A stretch of 64,000 nt of DNA from Octopus vulgaris (GCA_951406725.2 OX597816.1:10416001-10480000), one strand, 5' to 3'; counted from the first letter of the stretch, positions 47,440-61,262 are shown. The notes: generated by a model from the letters alone, not told the origin. Made by a program: numbers and translations.

Positions 47440-47737
47440 TCTGCAGAATGTGTGGGAAGAGGGTCAGAAGCATGACTCACATTGTTAGTGCTTGTAAAAG
47501 TCTTACGCAGAAAGAATACAAGCGTAGACACGACAAGGTAGTGCAAAACCTCCACTGGCTACTATGCTGTAAGTATGGGTATGAGATTATAGGTGCTTGG
47601 TACCAACATACACCGGAAAAAGAGGAAGGCAAAAGTCCTCTGGGACTTTGACTTCCAGATAGACAAAGTGTTAGAACACAGAAGGCCAGATATAGTAATG
47701 TTTAGGAGGGACAAACAAGATTGCCTAATAATTGAAG
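47440..47737 (+). pseudogene. R4/Dong-clade non-LTR retrotransposon CCHC plus REL endonuclease fragment
   Basis: CRMCGKRVRSMTHIVSAC (CCHC), YKRRHDKVV (RHD motif) and, after a frameshift, KVLWDFDFQIDKVLEHRRPDIV...CLIIE (PD..D/E). Starts directly after a (TAA)n run. Confidence 0.88.
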
Positions 47738-47744
47738 AATTTTC

Positions 47745-47965
47745 AGTTGAAGGAATTGACGTCAGGACTTGTTTTCTTCTTTTTAAGCTTGGTACCTATT
47801 CTATCAGTTATTCTTTGCCAAACCACTAAGTTACAGGGATGGAAACACACCAACACTGGGTGTCAAATGGTGGTGGGGAACACACACACACACACACATG
47901 ATGGTCTTCTTCCAGTCTCCATCTACCAAATCCACTCAGAAGGTGCCAGGCAGTGGGACTGAACC
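47745..47965 (-). mobile_element. SINE family A, partial
   Basis: Truncates the R4/Dong fragment. Confidence 0.75.
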
Positions 47966-48048
47966 AGCACCTTTTACAAGTGTCTTCTGTATATATCATC
48001 ATCATCATTTTATATATATATATATACATACAGACACACACACACACT

Positions 48049-48088
<40 letters not shown>

Positions 48089-48256
48089 AGGCACAGGAGT
48101 GTCTGTGTGGTAAGTAGCTTGCATACCAACCACATGGTCATGGGTTCAGTCCCATTGCATGGCACCTTGGGCAAGTGTCTTCTACAATAGCCTTAGGCTG
48201 ACAAAAGTCTTGTGAGTGGATTTGGTAGATGGAAACTGAAAAACGCCTGTCGTATA

Positions 48257-48292
<36 letters not shown>

Positions 48293-48510
48293 TGTGTGTG
48301 TGTGTGTGTTTGTATGTCTGTGTTTGTTCCCCCACCATTGCTTGACAACCGATACTGGTGTCTTAACATCCCCATAACTTAGCAGTTCAGCAAAAGAGAC
48401 CAATAGAATAAGTACTAGGCTTACAAAGAATAAGTCCTGATGTCAATTCGTTCGACTAAAGGTAGTGCCCCAGCATGGCAGCAGTCAAATGACTCAAACA
48501 AATAAAAGAA
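48089..48510 (+). mobile_element. SINE family A, full length
   Basis: Head to tail present. Confidence 0.92.
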
Positions 48511-48596
48511 TAATATAATAATAAAAGGAAACTGCAGAGTTAAACTGACACATGTTAATTTATTAGCAATATATATTTTATTATTATTGCAGTATA

Positions 48597-48921
48597 GATG
48601 GTGTTTATAAGCCATTTAAAAAACACAAAAACCATTAGATCCACTTCATCATGTAAATTAAATTTGTGTCAAAATATTTTTGTCGCTTTGAAATTGCGAT
48701 TTGATCACTAATAAAATTTTGTGCTGAATTTTGTCACTGATCAGGTTGTGGTTTCAAAGTGATGAAAACATTTTTATACAAATTAAATTTAAATGTTGAA
48801 GTGAATCTAATGGTTTTTGTATGTTTTTTAAATGGCTTATAAACACCTCCCATGCCACAATTGTCTTGGTTTTAGCACATGATCTCAGCTCAAGTTGAGT
48901 GCTATGCAAGTACATCTTCGT
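48597..48921. mobile_element. Fold-back MITE family E
   Basis: ggtgtttataagccatttaaaaaacacaaaaaccattagatccacttca / tgaagtgaatctaatggtttttgtatgttttttaaatggcttataaacacc. Confidence 0.8.
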
Positions 48922-48939
48922 AATATATTATTATTATTA

Positions 48940-49385
48940 TTACTCTTTACTCTCTTTTACTCTTTTTATTTGTTTCAGTCATTTGGCTGTGGCCATGCTG
49001 GAGCACCGCCTTTGGTCGAGCAAATCGACCCCAGGACTTATTCTTTGTAAGCCTAGTACCTATTCTATCATTCTATTTTGCTGAACTGCTAAGTTACGGG
49101 TATGTAAACTACACTAGCATTGGTTGTCAAGCGATGTTGGGGGGACAAACACAGACACACAAACATATACACACACATACATATATATATACATATATGT
49201 ATATATATATATATACATATATATGACAGGCTTCTTTCAGTTTCCATCTTCCAAATCCACTCAGAAGTCTTTGGTTGGCCTGAGGCTATAGAGAAGACAC
49301 TTGCCCAAGGTGCCACGCAGTGGGAGTGAACGTATATCATGTGGTTGGTAAGCAAGCTACTTACCACACAGCCACTCCTGCACCT
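48940..49385 (-). mobile_element. SINE family A, full length
   Basis: Head to tail present. Confidence 0.92.
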
Positions 49386-49508
49386 TATTATGATATATTT
49401 ATATTTATATTATAGTATATTTATATTTATATAATAATAATATAAAATTATGTTAATAAATTATCATATATCAGTTTAACTCTCCACTTTCTTTTTATTA
49501 TTGTATAT

Positions 49509-49550
<42 letters not shown>

Positions 49551-50437
49551 CATTTGTATCATAGAAGATTTTTTTCTACTGTAATAGATATTAAACCAGT
49601 TAACCAGTGAATATTGAATGTTTCCACCCACATCAGAGGAGCTTGTTTCCTGGTATTGGATATACATTAATGTATGTATGTATGTATGAACACATATGTT
49701 GTGTGCATAAAGAAGAAATTAATTTCTGCCATTATTGAAACCATCATCGTCAGCAGCAGCCTCTTCGTTATAATGATATACTTCTTGGAAACAACTAAAA
49801 GAAGAATTTGTTTCAGTTTATGTCGACATATTTCCTGAATATATAAATGAAATGAAATTAAGACCACTTTTCTTCTCCGTTTATTAATTCTGAATGCATA
49901 CATGATAAACAGGTGACCGAACCACCAGGGCAGGGATTCAGATATAGAAAGGGGCGCCTTTGTTGCTTATATTGTGTAAAGTTAATTAACTTGATTAAAG
50001 TGGTTTTTATCATTATTATCGTCATCACCAAGATCGTCATAATTAATGGGTTTAATCATGGTGATGATGATGATTGCTATCATCTTCATTATGATAATGT
50101 TATTTTTACATCTAGGTAGCTTTTTTGCTATCTCTCCTACATGTATGTAAATGTGTATATATATTATCTGAAATGTACAGTATTATACACATACACACAT
50201 CTATATACACAAATACATAAGGGTGTGTATGTGTGCATTTATTCATTTTGACTAACTGTGCACACATATATATTACACACAAACACATATATATACATGG
50301 GTTTGTGTATATATGAGTGTATTTATAGAGGTTAGTCATAATTATGTATGTGTATGTGTATATATGTATATATATGTATGTGGATATATGTATATATATG
50401 TATGTGTATTATAATTATATATATGTGTATATATATA

Positions 50438-50486
<49 letters not shown>

Positions 50487-50499
50487 ATGTATATATATA

Positions 50500-50534
<35 letters not shown>

Positions 50535-51009
50535 GCACATATATACATATATATGCACATGTATGTGTGTGTACATATTCATGTATGTATGCATATATGC
50601 CTACGTGCACCTACATACACATTCACATCTGTTGCAACTGCTCCACAAGCCGAGACACACAACAAAACTTATAATTTTTTGTTCTTCGTGTTGGTGGAGC
50701 ATGGTGTTTGCGTGAAGAGTGAGCTTATGTAGTTAATGAGTTATCGAGCTGTGCACTGCGATTACATGTTGTCAGGTAATAAATCCAAACATCTATTGAA
50801 AGCACCGGCCATTTTTATAATGAGAGAATATGACATTGTATAGATTATTAATACTATCTCTAAAATACTTAAAAGGTTTAGAAAACATAATTGTAAAAAT
50901 CAAAGTTCCTTATTTCAAAGATAAGATATTATCGCATTAGCAGTATTATGGTGTAAATTATTTAGATTATTATACATCGTTACTGGTGTCTTTGTTGTTC
51001 TCTAGCTTA

Positions 51010-51752
51010 TAGGGAGAGGGTGAGAGAAAGAGAGAGAGAGACTGATAGAGGGAGAGAGGAGGAGGGAAGGAGAGAGACTGATAGAAAGAGAGAGACTGAT
51101 AGAGGGAGAGAGACTGATAGAGGGAGTGAGAGAGAGATTGATAGAGGGAAAGAGACTGATAGAGGGAGAGAGACTGGTAGAGGGAGAGAGATGGGTAGAG
51201 GGAGAGAGGAGGAGGGAGGGAAACAAAGGTAAAGAAGGAAATAGTGGAGAGAGAGAGGCAAAGAGGTAGGAGGAGGAGAAAGAATTGAAAAGGCAGAAGC
51301 AAATTGGTAGAGTTATGAGGAGACAGAGGAGAAGAGGCAGAGGAAAAGTGGCAGAAGGAGAGAGACAGAAGGGAAAATAGAGGGGAAGACAGAGATAGAG
51401 GAAAAGGCAGAGGGCGGAGAGGGAGAAACAGACAGGGAGAGACAGAAGTGTTGAGTGAGAGAGACAGAGAGAGATGGACAGAGGAAAAATGGAAAGGAAG
51501 AGAGGGATAAACAGAGGTGGGAAAGAGAGAGAGAGAGAGGGAGGGAAACAGAGATGGTGAGGGAGACATAGAGAGGTGGAAGGGACAGAAGGGAGAGAGA
51601 GAGATGGGGAGAGAAAGACAGAGAGACAGAGAGATGGAGAAAGGGAGAAACAGAGAAGAGGGAAAGAGAACAGAGGGGTTAAGAGGGAGAAAGAGAGAGA
51701 GATGGGGAAAGAGGAGGAAAGAGAGAGAGAGAGACGGAGAGAAAGAGAGAGA
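51010..51752. repeat. Polypurine (GA-rich) tract including 18-bp agagactgatagagggag units
   Basis: Direct inspection. Confidence 0.9.
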
Positions 51753-52255
51753 GTAATCTTTTATCATCACCATGATTTTCATCAACATATTTTAAGACTG
51801 CCACCACCACTACCACCGCCACCACCACCGCCACCACCACCACCACCACCACCATCATCCCTGCCATCATTTCAAGCATGACAGCTGTTGTCCTAGCAAA
51901 TAATAATTATAGTCGGCCCTTACTTTGTTTCTTTAAGGATTTCTGGTTTTCTTTTTTTTTCTCTTCATGGTTATTCCTTCAATTCTATCAACATTGTTTA
52001 GTACCAACTTTCCCGTCACGGAATGGTTTGGGCAGAATTTGATGTGACAGATTTCTTATGGTTGGATGTCCTTGCTGTCACCCACCTTTACCTATTTCCG
52101 AGTAAAGCAATGTTTCTTCCTGGACAGACATGTTTTTACGGCATATTGGAAATGAAGACAGTTTCTATGACAGTGGCACTAGTTTGTGACCACCTTGTTG
52201 TGTCAAGGCAAGGGGACAGTAACACACAGCTATATATACACATATACACACACAC

Positions 52256-52291
<36 letters not shown>

Positions 52292-52294
52292 TAT

Positions 52295-52494
52295 TCTTTC
52301 TTTTCTTTTACTTGTTTCAGTCATTTGACTGCAGCCATGCTGGAGCACCGCCTTCAGTCGAGCAAATCGATCCCAGGACTTATTCTTTTTAAGCCCAGTG
52401 CTTATTCTATCGGTCTCTTTTGCCGAACCGCTAAGTGACGGGGACGTAAACACACCAGCATCGGTTGTCAAGCAATGCTAGGGGGACAAACACA

Positions 52495-52534
<40 letters not shown>

Positions 52535-52705
52535 CATATATACGACAGGCTTCTTTCAGTTTCCGTCTACCAAATCCACTCACAAGGCATTGGTCGGCCC
52601 GAGGCTATAGCAGAAGACACTTGCCCAAGATGCCACGCAGTGGGACTGAACCCGGAACCATGTGGTTGGTAAGCAAGCTACTTACCACACAGCCACTCCT
52701 GCGCC
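52295..52705 (-). mobile_element. SINE family A, full length, young
   Basis: High identity to the 27440 copy. Confidence 0.93.
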
Positions 52706-54137
52706 TATATATATATATATATATGTTCGGCATTCTCAAAGGCAGAGGCCATAGTGTTGTGTTTAGGAAGTTTGCTTCCGAACCACATGGTTTCAAAATC
52801 TGTCTGTGTGTGTGACTTCTGCCATAACTGCAGGGGCTGACCAAAGCCTTGTAAAGTGGATTTGGTACATTGAAACTGAGGGAAGCACCTTGTATCATCA
52901 TCATCACCATCATCGTCATCACCCTCATTGTCATCGTCATCATCATCAGCATCATGATCATCACGACCATCATGATCATGATGATGATCGTTGCTGTTGT
53001 CATCATCATCGTCATCATCATCGTCATCATCATCATCATTGGCATCATCATCATCATCATTGCCTTCATCATTTAAAGCCTGTTTTTCATGCTTGTGAAA
53101 TAAATTCACTGATTACAAAAATAAAACAAGGCTGACAGGAAGCGTTGCTGCTTCCTAGGGCTAAATAGCAGTAGTATGATTCCCTTCATGGGACTGTCAC
53201 ATTAAATTGACAGTATACAACTACTTTATTGTACCACTACTGCATAAATCTCTCTGAGATATTTAGAAATGTATTATTTCTATATATATATATAGACATA
53301 AGAAGTCTTGTTGTGTGGTCAGGACATTTGCTTCACAACCACATTATTTAGTGTTCAGTCCCTTGGTATCTTAAAGGCAAGTGTCTTCTACTATAGCCTC
53401 AGGCTGACCAAAGCCTTGTGAGTTGATTTGGTACATAGAAACTGAAAGAAGCCTACTGTATATGAATGAATATATATATATATAAGTGAAGAATGGGGTT
53501 GTTGATGTTACATTTATGCCCTGGTTTATAACTGTTCTGATAACATTTGTGTTAGAAATAATATAGCATGCATGAAGACATGGAAGACAGCAATGATATT
53601 GTTGAATCGATTATTCAATATGTATTATATAACAAATGGCCCAGAACCATTTAATGAAGACCTTTGTGAACAAATAAATATGGTCACAAAATGAACGAGT
53701 TTACTTGGTTTACATATATGAGAATATCCAAACGACCAAGCGGGAGGTGTTTAATTAATTCTGGAAGGATGAGTTATCATTAGAAATGTCAACGAGGAAG
53801 GAATATATCCACAGTTTAATTGTATTTCTTGACAAGATCATTTTACACGTTTCATTCATTAACGAGTCCATAAACTCAGTTATGTTATATCATTTATCAT
53901 CAACTCGTTATTGAAACAATTGCAAACTGTTGATGAATAAATGAAACACACACAACTCCATTCTTCACTCGTTATCTCTGCTCCATTACTGAAGTTAACC
54001 TTTGGGATTTTCAGGTTGTGTGAAATGAATATTTCTGCAAGAATAAGTTCCCTTGCAATACATTTCGACAGCTGCTGTTCACAAGAGGGCTGTTTTGGGT
54101 AACCACCTGGTTTCTCAGATCCCTTCTAACTTACTAT

Positions 54138-54537
54138 ACATCATCATCATCATCGTTTAACGTCTACTTTCCATGCTAGCATGGGTTGGATGATTTGACA
54201 GAGGGCTGGCAAACCGGATGGCTGCACCAGGCTCCATTCTTGATCTGGCAGAGTTTCTACAGCTGGATGCCCCTTCCTAATGCCAACCACTCCGAGAGTG
54301 TAGTGGTTGCTTTTACATGCCACTAAAATGAGGGCCAGTCAGGCAGTACTGGCAATGACCTTGCTTGAATGTTTTTACATGTGTCAGTAAGGCAACGCTG
54401 GTAATGATCACACTCAAATGGTGCTTTTTACGTGCCACCGGCATGGAAGCCAGTTAGCCGCTCTGGCAATGATCACGCTCGGATGGTCCTCTTAGCACCC
54501 TACTAGCACGGGGTACAAGTGCCAGTAAGGCAACGCT
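54138..54537 (-). mobile_element. RTE 3' UTR fragment
   Basis: (CAT)n cgtttaacgtc..catgctagcatgggttgg.. plus subrepeats. Confidence 0.85.
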
Positions 54538-55004
54538 TTCTCGCTTCTCTTCTTTGGCTCTCTGTTGAGCTTCCTGTCTTTTTATTCTAATAGCTTCTTT
54601 CCTTAAACTGTTCATTGCAGGAACATAAAGGGATATAGGACCCATTATTTGGCAATTCCTCCTTGTGTGTGTATAGATATGTGTGTGTGCGTATGTGTGG
54701 TACTTTTTCCTTGTCTTGATACTGTGTGATACAGGTGTATTTGTTTCCAATTTCCCATCAAAATGCCACTCACCTGATGACTTGCAAGAGTACACTGCTG
54801 ATGTTGGATCATGTTCATTTATATAATATTTATGTAATAGTATGACATGGAAAACTCAGCAACTAACAAGTGTTACCAATGCACAGAAACAATTGATGTG
54901 TTTACGATTTGCATCCACATAATTCATCAGAGAATCAAAATAATTTTCAGTCTGATGAATTTCTAATAGAAGTTTTACATGCTTTTATTATTGATAGTGA
55001 ACAT

Positions 55005-55425
55005 AGGCGCAGGAGTGGCTGTGTGGCAAGTAGCTTGCTTACCAACCACATGGATCAGGGTTCAGTCCCACTGCTTGGCATCTTGGGCAAGTGTCTTCTG
55101 CTATAGCCCCGGGCCGACCAATGCCTTGTGAGTGGATTTGGTAGACGGAAACTGAAAGCAGCCTGTCGTATATATGTATATATATATATATAAGTGTGTG
55201 TGTGTATGTTTGTGTGTCTGTCCCCCTAGCATTGCTTGACAACAGATGCTGGTGTGTTCACGTCCCCGTAACTTAGAGGTTCGGCAAAAGGGACCGATAG
55301 AATAAGTACTGGGCTTACAAAGAATAAGTCCTGGGGTCGATTTGCTCGACTAAAGGCGGTGCTCCAGCATGGCCGCAGTCAAATGACTGAAACAAGTAAA
55401 AGAGTAATAGAGAGAGTAAAGAGTA
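55005..55425 (+). mobile_element. SINE family A, full length, young
   Basis: ggcgcaggagtggctgtgtgg ... aaacaagtaaaagagtaatagagagagtaaagag. Confidence 0.93.
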
Positions 55426-55791
55426 ATATAATATGGAATAAATAACATCAAAACAATTTCCAGTTTTACCTTTTAATATGTAATTACTCTGCAATGAATA
55501 TTTTCCAGCATTTAACCCTATCAAGATACCTATTTATGTGCACGCATGCATGCGTATGCACACACACACACACACACAAAGGGCTTTTTCCAGTTTCCAT
55601 CTACAAATCCATTTAAGAAAGCTTAATCAGATCCGGGCTATGGAAGAAGAAACTTGCCCAAGGTGTCACTTAAAGTAATTAAACCCAAAATTATGCAATT
55701 GGGAAGCACATTTCTACACCGGACATGTGTGTTAATGTGCATGAGTTGGTTTGTTTGTGTTACTGTATGTGTGTGTAAGAGAGAGAGAGAG

Positions 55792-55834
<43 letters not shown>

Positions 55835-56792
55835 TAGACTCTGTATGTGTTTGTGTGTGTGTGTGTGTACACGCTCATTCGCACTCTATTATACTCAGAA
55901 TTCATAGCATTAAACAACCAGACATTTTTACAAATTATTTCCCTCCTCTGTTCTCTTCAGCAACAACACTGATGTTCTATAATTAATCTTAACTAATTGA
56001 ACTAATTTCTTCTAATCTCTTCTAATAATATATCAGTGACTACGTCTTTGCTCTTATATCTGATACCAAATTGTTTGCAAGACTTCCAAATACATTGGCT
56101 GTCTTTGATCTCTTCCAATCTATTTCCTGTGAATTATATATTTACTTATTTATGTACATATTTATATTTGATTATATCACATTTCCTAAACAATAAGAAT
56201 GCCGGTTATGGATTCCCGATGTGGCAGTTGTTGGTTCACTCCATTTTATGATGGTGAGAGTGACATGCCGTTCTTTGTGCGTCTTGGGTGGCACAAGTAT
56301 TAAACAAAGAATTATAGTTCAAAAGTGATACTTTATACAGTTTATGTTCACATTTTTTCTAATATACATCGCTGATGGATGTGCGTGTGTACATATGTAT
56401 ATGTGTATGTGTGTAGGTATGTGTGTATGTTTGTGTGTTGGAGTCAGATAAATAACATGAGTAAAACTTTGAAGCAATAAAGAAACAAACAATCGAAAAA
56501 TACTATGCAAAGTCATTGAGTCAAAGCACGTGCCTGTAAAGGGTAGAAATATAAGGTAAAAAAACGATAAACAAAAAAGTGTACAATAAAGCTTTAAAAT
56601 GACTAAGGAACAAAGAGAAGAGAATTTGACATTTCAGGTGACACATTTCATGAAAGAGAAGCAAAAATAATAGAGAAAAGATCTAAGAGACAGGAGGGAA
56701 AATGTAGCATGCCAAAATGACGTTTGTTCATATGCATCTGTGCTGGACTACATGTATACATGCATATGCTTATGTATGCATGCATACATATA

Positions 56793-57192
56793 GATGCAGG
56801 AGTGGCTGTGTGGTAAGTAGCTTGCTTACCAATCACATGGTTCTGGGTTCAGTCCCACTGTGTGGCACCTTGGGCAAGTGTCTTCTGCTATAGCCTCAGG
56901 CCGAACAAAGCCTTGTGAGTGGATTTGGTGGACGGAAACTGAAAGAAACCTGTCATATATATGTATATGTACATATATGTGTGTTTGTATGTCTGTGTTT
57001 GTCCCCACAACATCGCTTGACAACCGATGCTGGTGTGTTTATGTTCCCATAACTTAGCAGTTTGGCAAAAGAGACCAATTGAATCAGTAAAAGGCTTACA
57101 AAGAATAAGTCCTAGAGTCGATTTGCTCAACTAAAGGCGGTGCTCCAGCATGGCCACAGTCAAATGACTGAAACAAGTAAAAGGGTAAAGAG
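56793..57192 (+). mobile_element. SINE family A, full length
   Basis: Head to tail present. Confidence 0.92.
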
Positions 57193-57682
57193 TATATATA
57201 TATATTATGGGTGTATGTGTGTGTATATAATGAATGTATGTATGCATGTATATATATTAAAGACATTTATGTATAGATGTGTGTTGTAGCAAAAATGACT
57301 CTGTTCTAATTTAATCTGTTAACATTGACATTTTCTCTTATCTGAATTTTAGATTTTCATAGCTTGTTCGAAGCAATAAAGTTCCCAAATTCATCTTTAT
57401 TAATATTTTCAGTCTATCTCAGCCTAATCATCAGGATGTAGTGGAGTTTGGTTTCTTTGCTGCTCTCTTTTATATTGGTTGTCTTATATTCATGCAAATA
57501 TTCTTGTAAGATCTTCACTGGTAGAGTGCGTGTCTTTTATGCCATAGGATTTGCATTTGTGGTGTGTATATGTTGTATGATAAATGTAGCCTTGTGCTGC
57601 ATTATTTATACTGATTCCATAATATATGGACAATTCTATTAAGTGTGAATACATTTTCTGTTAATGTTTTCCTAACTAGTAC

Positions 57683-58256
57683 CATGCCCTTCCTAACGCC
57701 AACCACTCTGGGAGTGCAGTGGGTGCTTTTACGTGCCACCGGCACGAGGGCCAATCAGGCGGTACTGGCAACGACCACACTCAAATGTTGTTTTTACATG
57801 CCACCTGCATGGGAGCCAGTCCGGTGGCACTGGCAACGACCATGCTTGAATGTTGTTTTTCATGTGCCTGTAAGGTGATGCTGGCAACGATCATACTCGA
57901 ATGGTGCTTTCTACATGCTGCTAGCACAGGAAGCAGTCAGCTGCCCTGGCAACAATCACGCTCAGTGGTGCTTTTAACGTTCTACTGGCATGAGTTCTAA
58001 TCAGGAGGCACTGTCATTGGTCACGTCAGCGATTTTGATTTCACTTACTTCAACAGGTCTTCACTAGAAAAGTTTATTGTCCAATGAATGAAGGGTACTC
58101 ATAAGTGGGCTGGTTATACACCACTGGCATAGGCCACAGGTTATGGTCTCACTTGGTTTGTCGGGTCTTCTGAAGCACAGCATATCTCCAGATGTCTTGA
58201 TCACTAGTCATTGCCTCAGTGAGGCCCAGTGTTCAAAGGTCATGCTTCATCACCTC
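57683..58256 (-). mobile_element. RTE ORF2 end plus 3' UTR
   Basis: Reverse-complement match to 59390-59930, including cactagtcattgcctcagtgaggccc..ggtcatgcttcatcacctc. Confidence 0.85.
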
Positions 58257-58269
58257 ATATAGATATATA

Positions 58270-58428
58270 TATATGACAGGCTTCTTTCAGTTTCCTTCTA
58301 CAAAATTCACTCACAAGGCTTTGGTCGGCTCGAGGCTATAGTAGAAGACACTTGCCCAAGTTGCCACACAGTGGGACTGAACCTGGAACCATGTGGCTGG
58401 TAAGCAAGCTACTTACCACACAGCCATG
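58270..58428 (-). mobile_element. SINE family A 5' half
   Basis: Head and CORE-like region. Confidence 0.85.
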
Positions 58429-58764
58429 CTTTATATAATTTTTTATGAATTAAAATCTATATTGCCAAATGTAGAATTTTGGACAGTGTAGTTTGATGTT
58501 AGTAATAAAGTGATATCTTTGGACATGTTTTGCCGTTATTAGACCTCCTCATTAATGTGCAATCATTACCATTAATAACTGACAAAGGTCACTCGAATCA
58601 GTGATTTCCTCAATGTAGAAATGTGTTTTCTACAAATAGTTTCCCATGATTTTCGAAATGGGAATCAGGTGAGACAAGTAGTAAAGCAGTGGGGGGGGGG
58701 GGATTGGTAAAGAGAATTATGCGTTCACAAATATTCAGAATTGCATAAATATTATTTGGCCCTT

Positions 58765-59280
58765 AATCATCATCATTGTCATTCTTGTAGTCATAATCAT
58801 CATCACTGTCGTCATCATCACTGCCGTCGTCGTCATCACTACCACCATCACCAGTATCATCACCACCATCAACATCGTCATCAACACCACTACCACCATC
58901 ACCACCACCACCATCACCATCATCACCACTACTATCATAATCACCATCATCATCATCATCATCACCAACATCATCACCACCCCCACCCCCACCATCATCA
59001 TCACCACCACCATCATCACCACCACCCTCATCACCACCACCACCCTCATCACCACCACCACCCTCATGATCATCTTTACTACCATTATTGCCACTATCTT
59101 CGTCTTCATCTTTGTTATCATCATTAATGCCATCATTGTCATCAACATCATCATCGTCTTCATTCTCATCATTAATGTTATTGGCTTCACTATCGTTGTC
59201 ATCGTCATCATCCGTATCGTCATCACCTTGAACATTGTATCAACATCCATAGTCGTCTCCATCATCATCATTGCCTCAAT
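58765..59280. repeat. (CAT/CAC/CGT)n trinucleotide tract
   Basis: Direct inspection; similar tracts at 51800-51870 and 52895-53070. Confidence 0.9.
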
Positions 59281-59364
59281 GATCAGCTGGAATTCTCTGA
59301 GGCAGATTTTCTGTGCCCAGATGTCACCATCACCAACCTTCCTGTCAGCTATGATTCCCAGTTT

Positions 59365-60019
59365 CCAGACCCAGGAAGGCCTGGGCTGAGGTGGTGAAGC
59401 ATGACCTTCAAACATTAGGCCTCACCGAGGCAATGACTAGTGACCAAGACCTTTGGAAATATGCTGTGCTTGAGAAGACCAAGCAAGCTAAGTCAGACCA
59501 TAACCCACTGCCTATGCCAGGGGTGTAACCAGCCCACTTATGCGTACCTTTTCCTTCATTGGACACTAAACTCTGCTTGAGGCAAGTGAAATCAAAATCA
59601 AATTTATTGACTGGCATCCATGCTAGTGGAGTGCTAAGAGCACCATCCAAGCGTGAATAATTGCCAGAGCAGTTGACTGGCTTCCATGCCAGTGGCATGT
59701 AAAAAGCACCATTTGAGCGCGATCATTACCAGCGTCACCTTACTGGCACATGAAAAACATTTGAGCGAGGTAGTTGCCAATGCTGGTGGACTGGCTCCTA
59801 AGCTAGTGGCACATAAAAAACATCCTTTCGGTGTGGCTGTTGCCTGTACTGCCTGACTGGCCCTCGTGCTGGTGGCACCTAAAAGTACCCACTACACTCT
59901 CGGAGTGGTTGGCGTTAGGAAGGGCACCCAGCTGTAGAAACTCTGCCAGATCAATATTGGAACCTGGTGCAGCCATCTGGTTTGCCAGTCCTCAGTCAAA
60001 TTGTCCAACCCATGCTAGC
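59365..60019 (+). mobile_element. RTE ORF2 end plus 3' UTR
   Basis: RPRKAWAEVVKHDLQTLGLTEAMTSDQDLWKYAVLEKT, homologous to 24305-24430, followed by subrepeats and tail. Confidence 0.88.
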
Positions 60020-60559
60020 TCCTCCTTGGCTGGACATATTTCCACAGAATCTACTATAATACATTTGTGTTTATCTCTGTCACAACATAGCAATGAGAAA
60101 GGAAGGGGTGATACATGAACAAGGAAGGAAGGGGTGAAGGCAAACTGGTTGTGGGAGCGTTTCAACTCTATGTGAGTATATGTGTGTGTATGTAAAAGGG
60201 AAGTATGTGAATGTTTGTGTATATGTGTGTGTGTGTGTGTGTGCAATGGAAGTGGGAGGGTGAACGTTCAATGCTGAAAAGAAAAATCAAACAGCATTTC
60301 AACTCTGTGTGAGTATATGTGTGCGTGTGTACAAGGGAAGTATGTGAATGTTTGTAACATTCAGTAACAAATGATGATCGATGTCACATCTCAAAAGACA
60401 ACCACTAGATAACATTGACAAGTGGGTGAATGTAAAGAATACACACACCCAGTGTTTAGGTTAGAGTTAGGATTATGCTGAAAATGGGTGGTGTACGTAT
60501 TCTTTACCTCCACTTACAAGTGTATTAATTTGATTTACCATCCATATTTATATATTGTT

Positions 60560-60858
60560 TGTTCCTTCTCAAGCCATGCCTGGCTCATAAGGGCTGGTTT
60601 CCTGGTTTCCTTGGCGTATAGGTTCCCCACCTGGATGGGACGCCGGTCCATCGCAGGTAAGCTGCAGGATGCAGGAAGAAAGAGTGAGAGAAAGTTGTGG
60701 CGAAAGAGTCAGCAGAAGTTTGCCATTACCTTCTGCCGGAGCCACGTGGAGCTTAGGTGTTTCACTCATAAACACATACACCACCCAGTCTGAGATTTGA
60801 ACCCGTGATCCTTCGACCGTGAGTCCGCTGCTCTAACCACTAAGCCATGTGCCTCCAC
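60560..60858 (-). mobile_element. SINE family C-related element with a different tail
   Basis: Head gtggaggcacatggcttagtgg..gggttcaaatc; tail gcgatggaccggcgtcccatccagg...ttatgagccaggcatggcttgagaagg. Confidence 0.85.
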
Positions 60859-60864
60859 ATATTT

Positions 60865-61262
60865 CCTCTTTTACTCTTTTACTTGTTTCAGTCATTTGAC
60901 TGTGGCCATGCTGGAGCATCGCCTTTAGTCGAGCAAATCAACCCCAGGACTTATTCTTTGTAAGCCTAGTACTTATTCTATTGGTCTCTTTTGTCGAACT
61001 GCTAAGTTACGGGGGGGGGCGTAAACACACCAGCATCGGTTGTCAAGCGATGTTAGGGGGACAAACACAGACACACAAGCATACACACACACACACATAT
61101 GCGACAAGCTTCTTTCAGTTTCCATCTACCAAATCCACTCACAAGGCTTTGGTCAGCCCGAGGCTAATAGAAGACACTTGCCGAAGGTGCCACACAGTGG
61201 GACTGAACCTGGGACCATGTGGTTCGTAAGCAAGCTACTTACCACACAGCTACTCCTATCCC
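60865..61262 (-). mobile_element. SINE family A, full length
   Basis: Head to tail present. Confidence 0.92.

Noticed and set aside
49667-49860. Minus-strand acceptor-like site near 49835 with an open frame
   Set aside because: No convincing donor and no recognisable peptide.
50970-51788. 272-aa Ser/Leu/Pro ORF
   Set aside because: Translation of a polypurine/polypyrimidine tract.
53490-54130. Possible decayed LINE endonuclease region (similarly 31770-32340 and 14350-14640)
   Set aside because: Only vague motif resemblance by eye; needs BLASTX before calling.
57400-57442. Minus-strand CTGATGA...GAAA spacing
   Set aside because: Stem II is mismatched and there is no cleavage triplet or stem I; too decayed to call.
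58735-59415. His-rich and Met/Val-rich ORFs
   Set aside because: Trinucleotide tract open in many frames on both strands and running into an RTE fragment.
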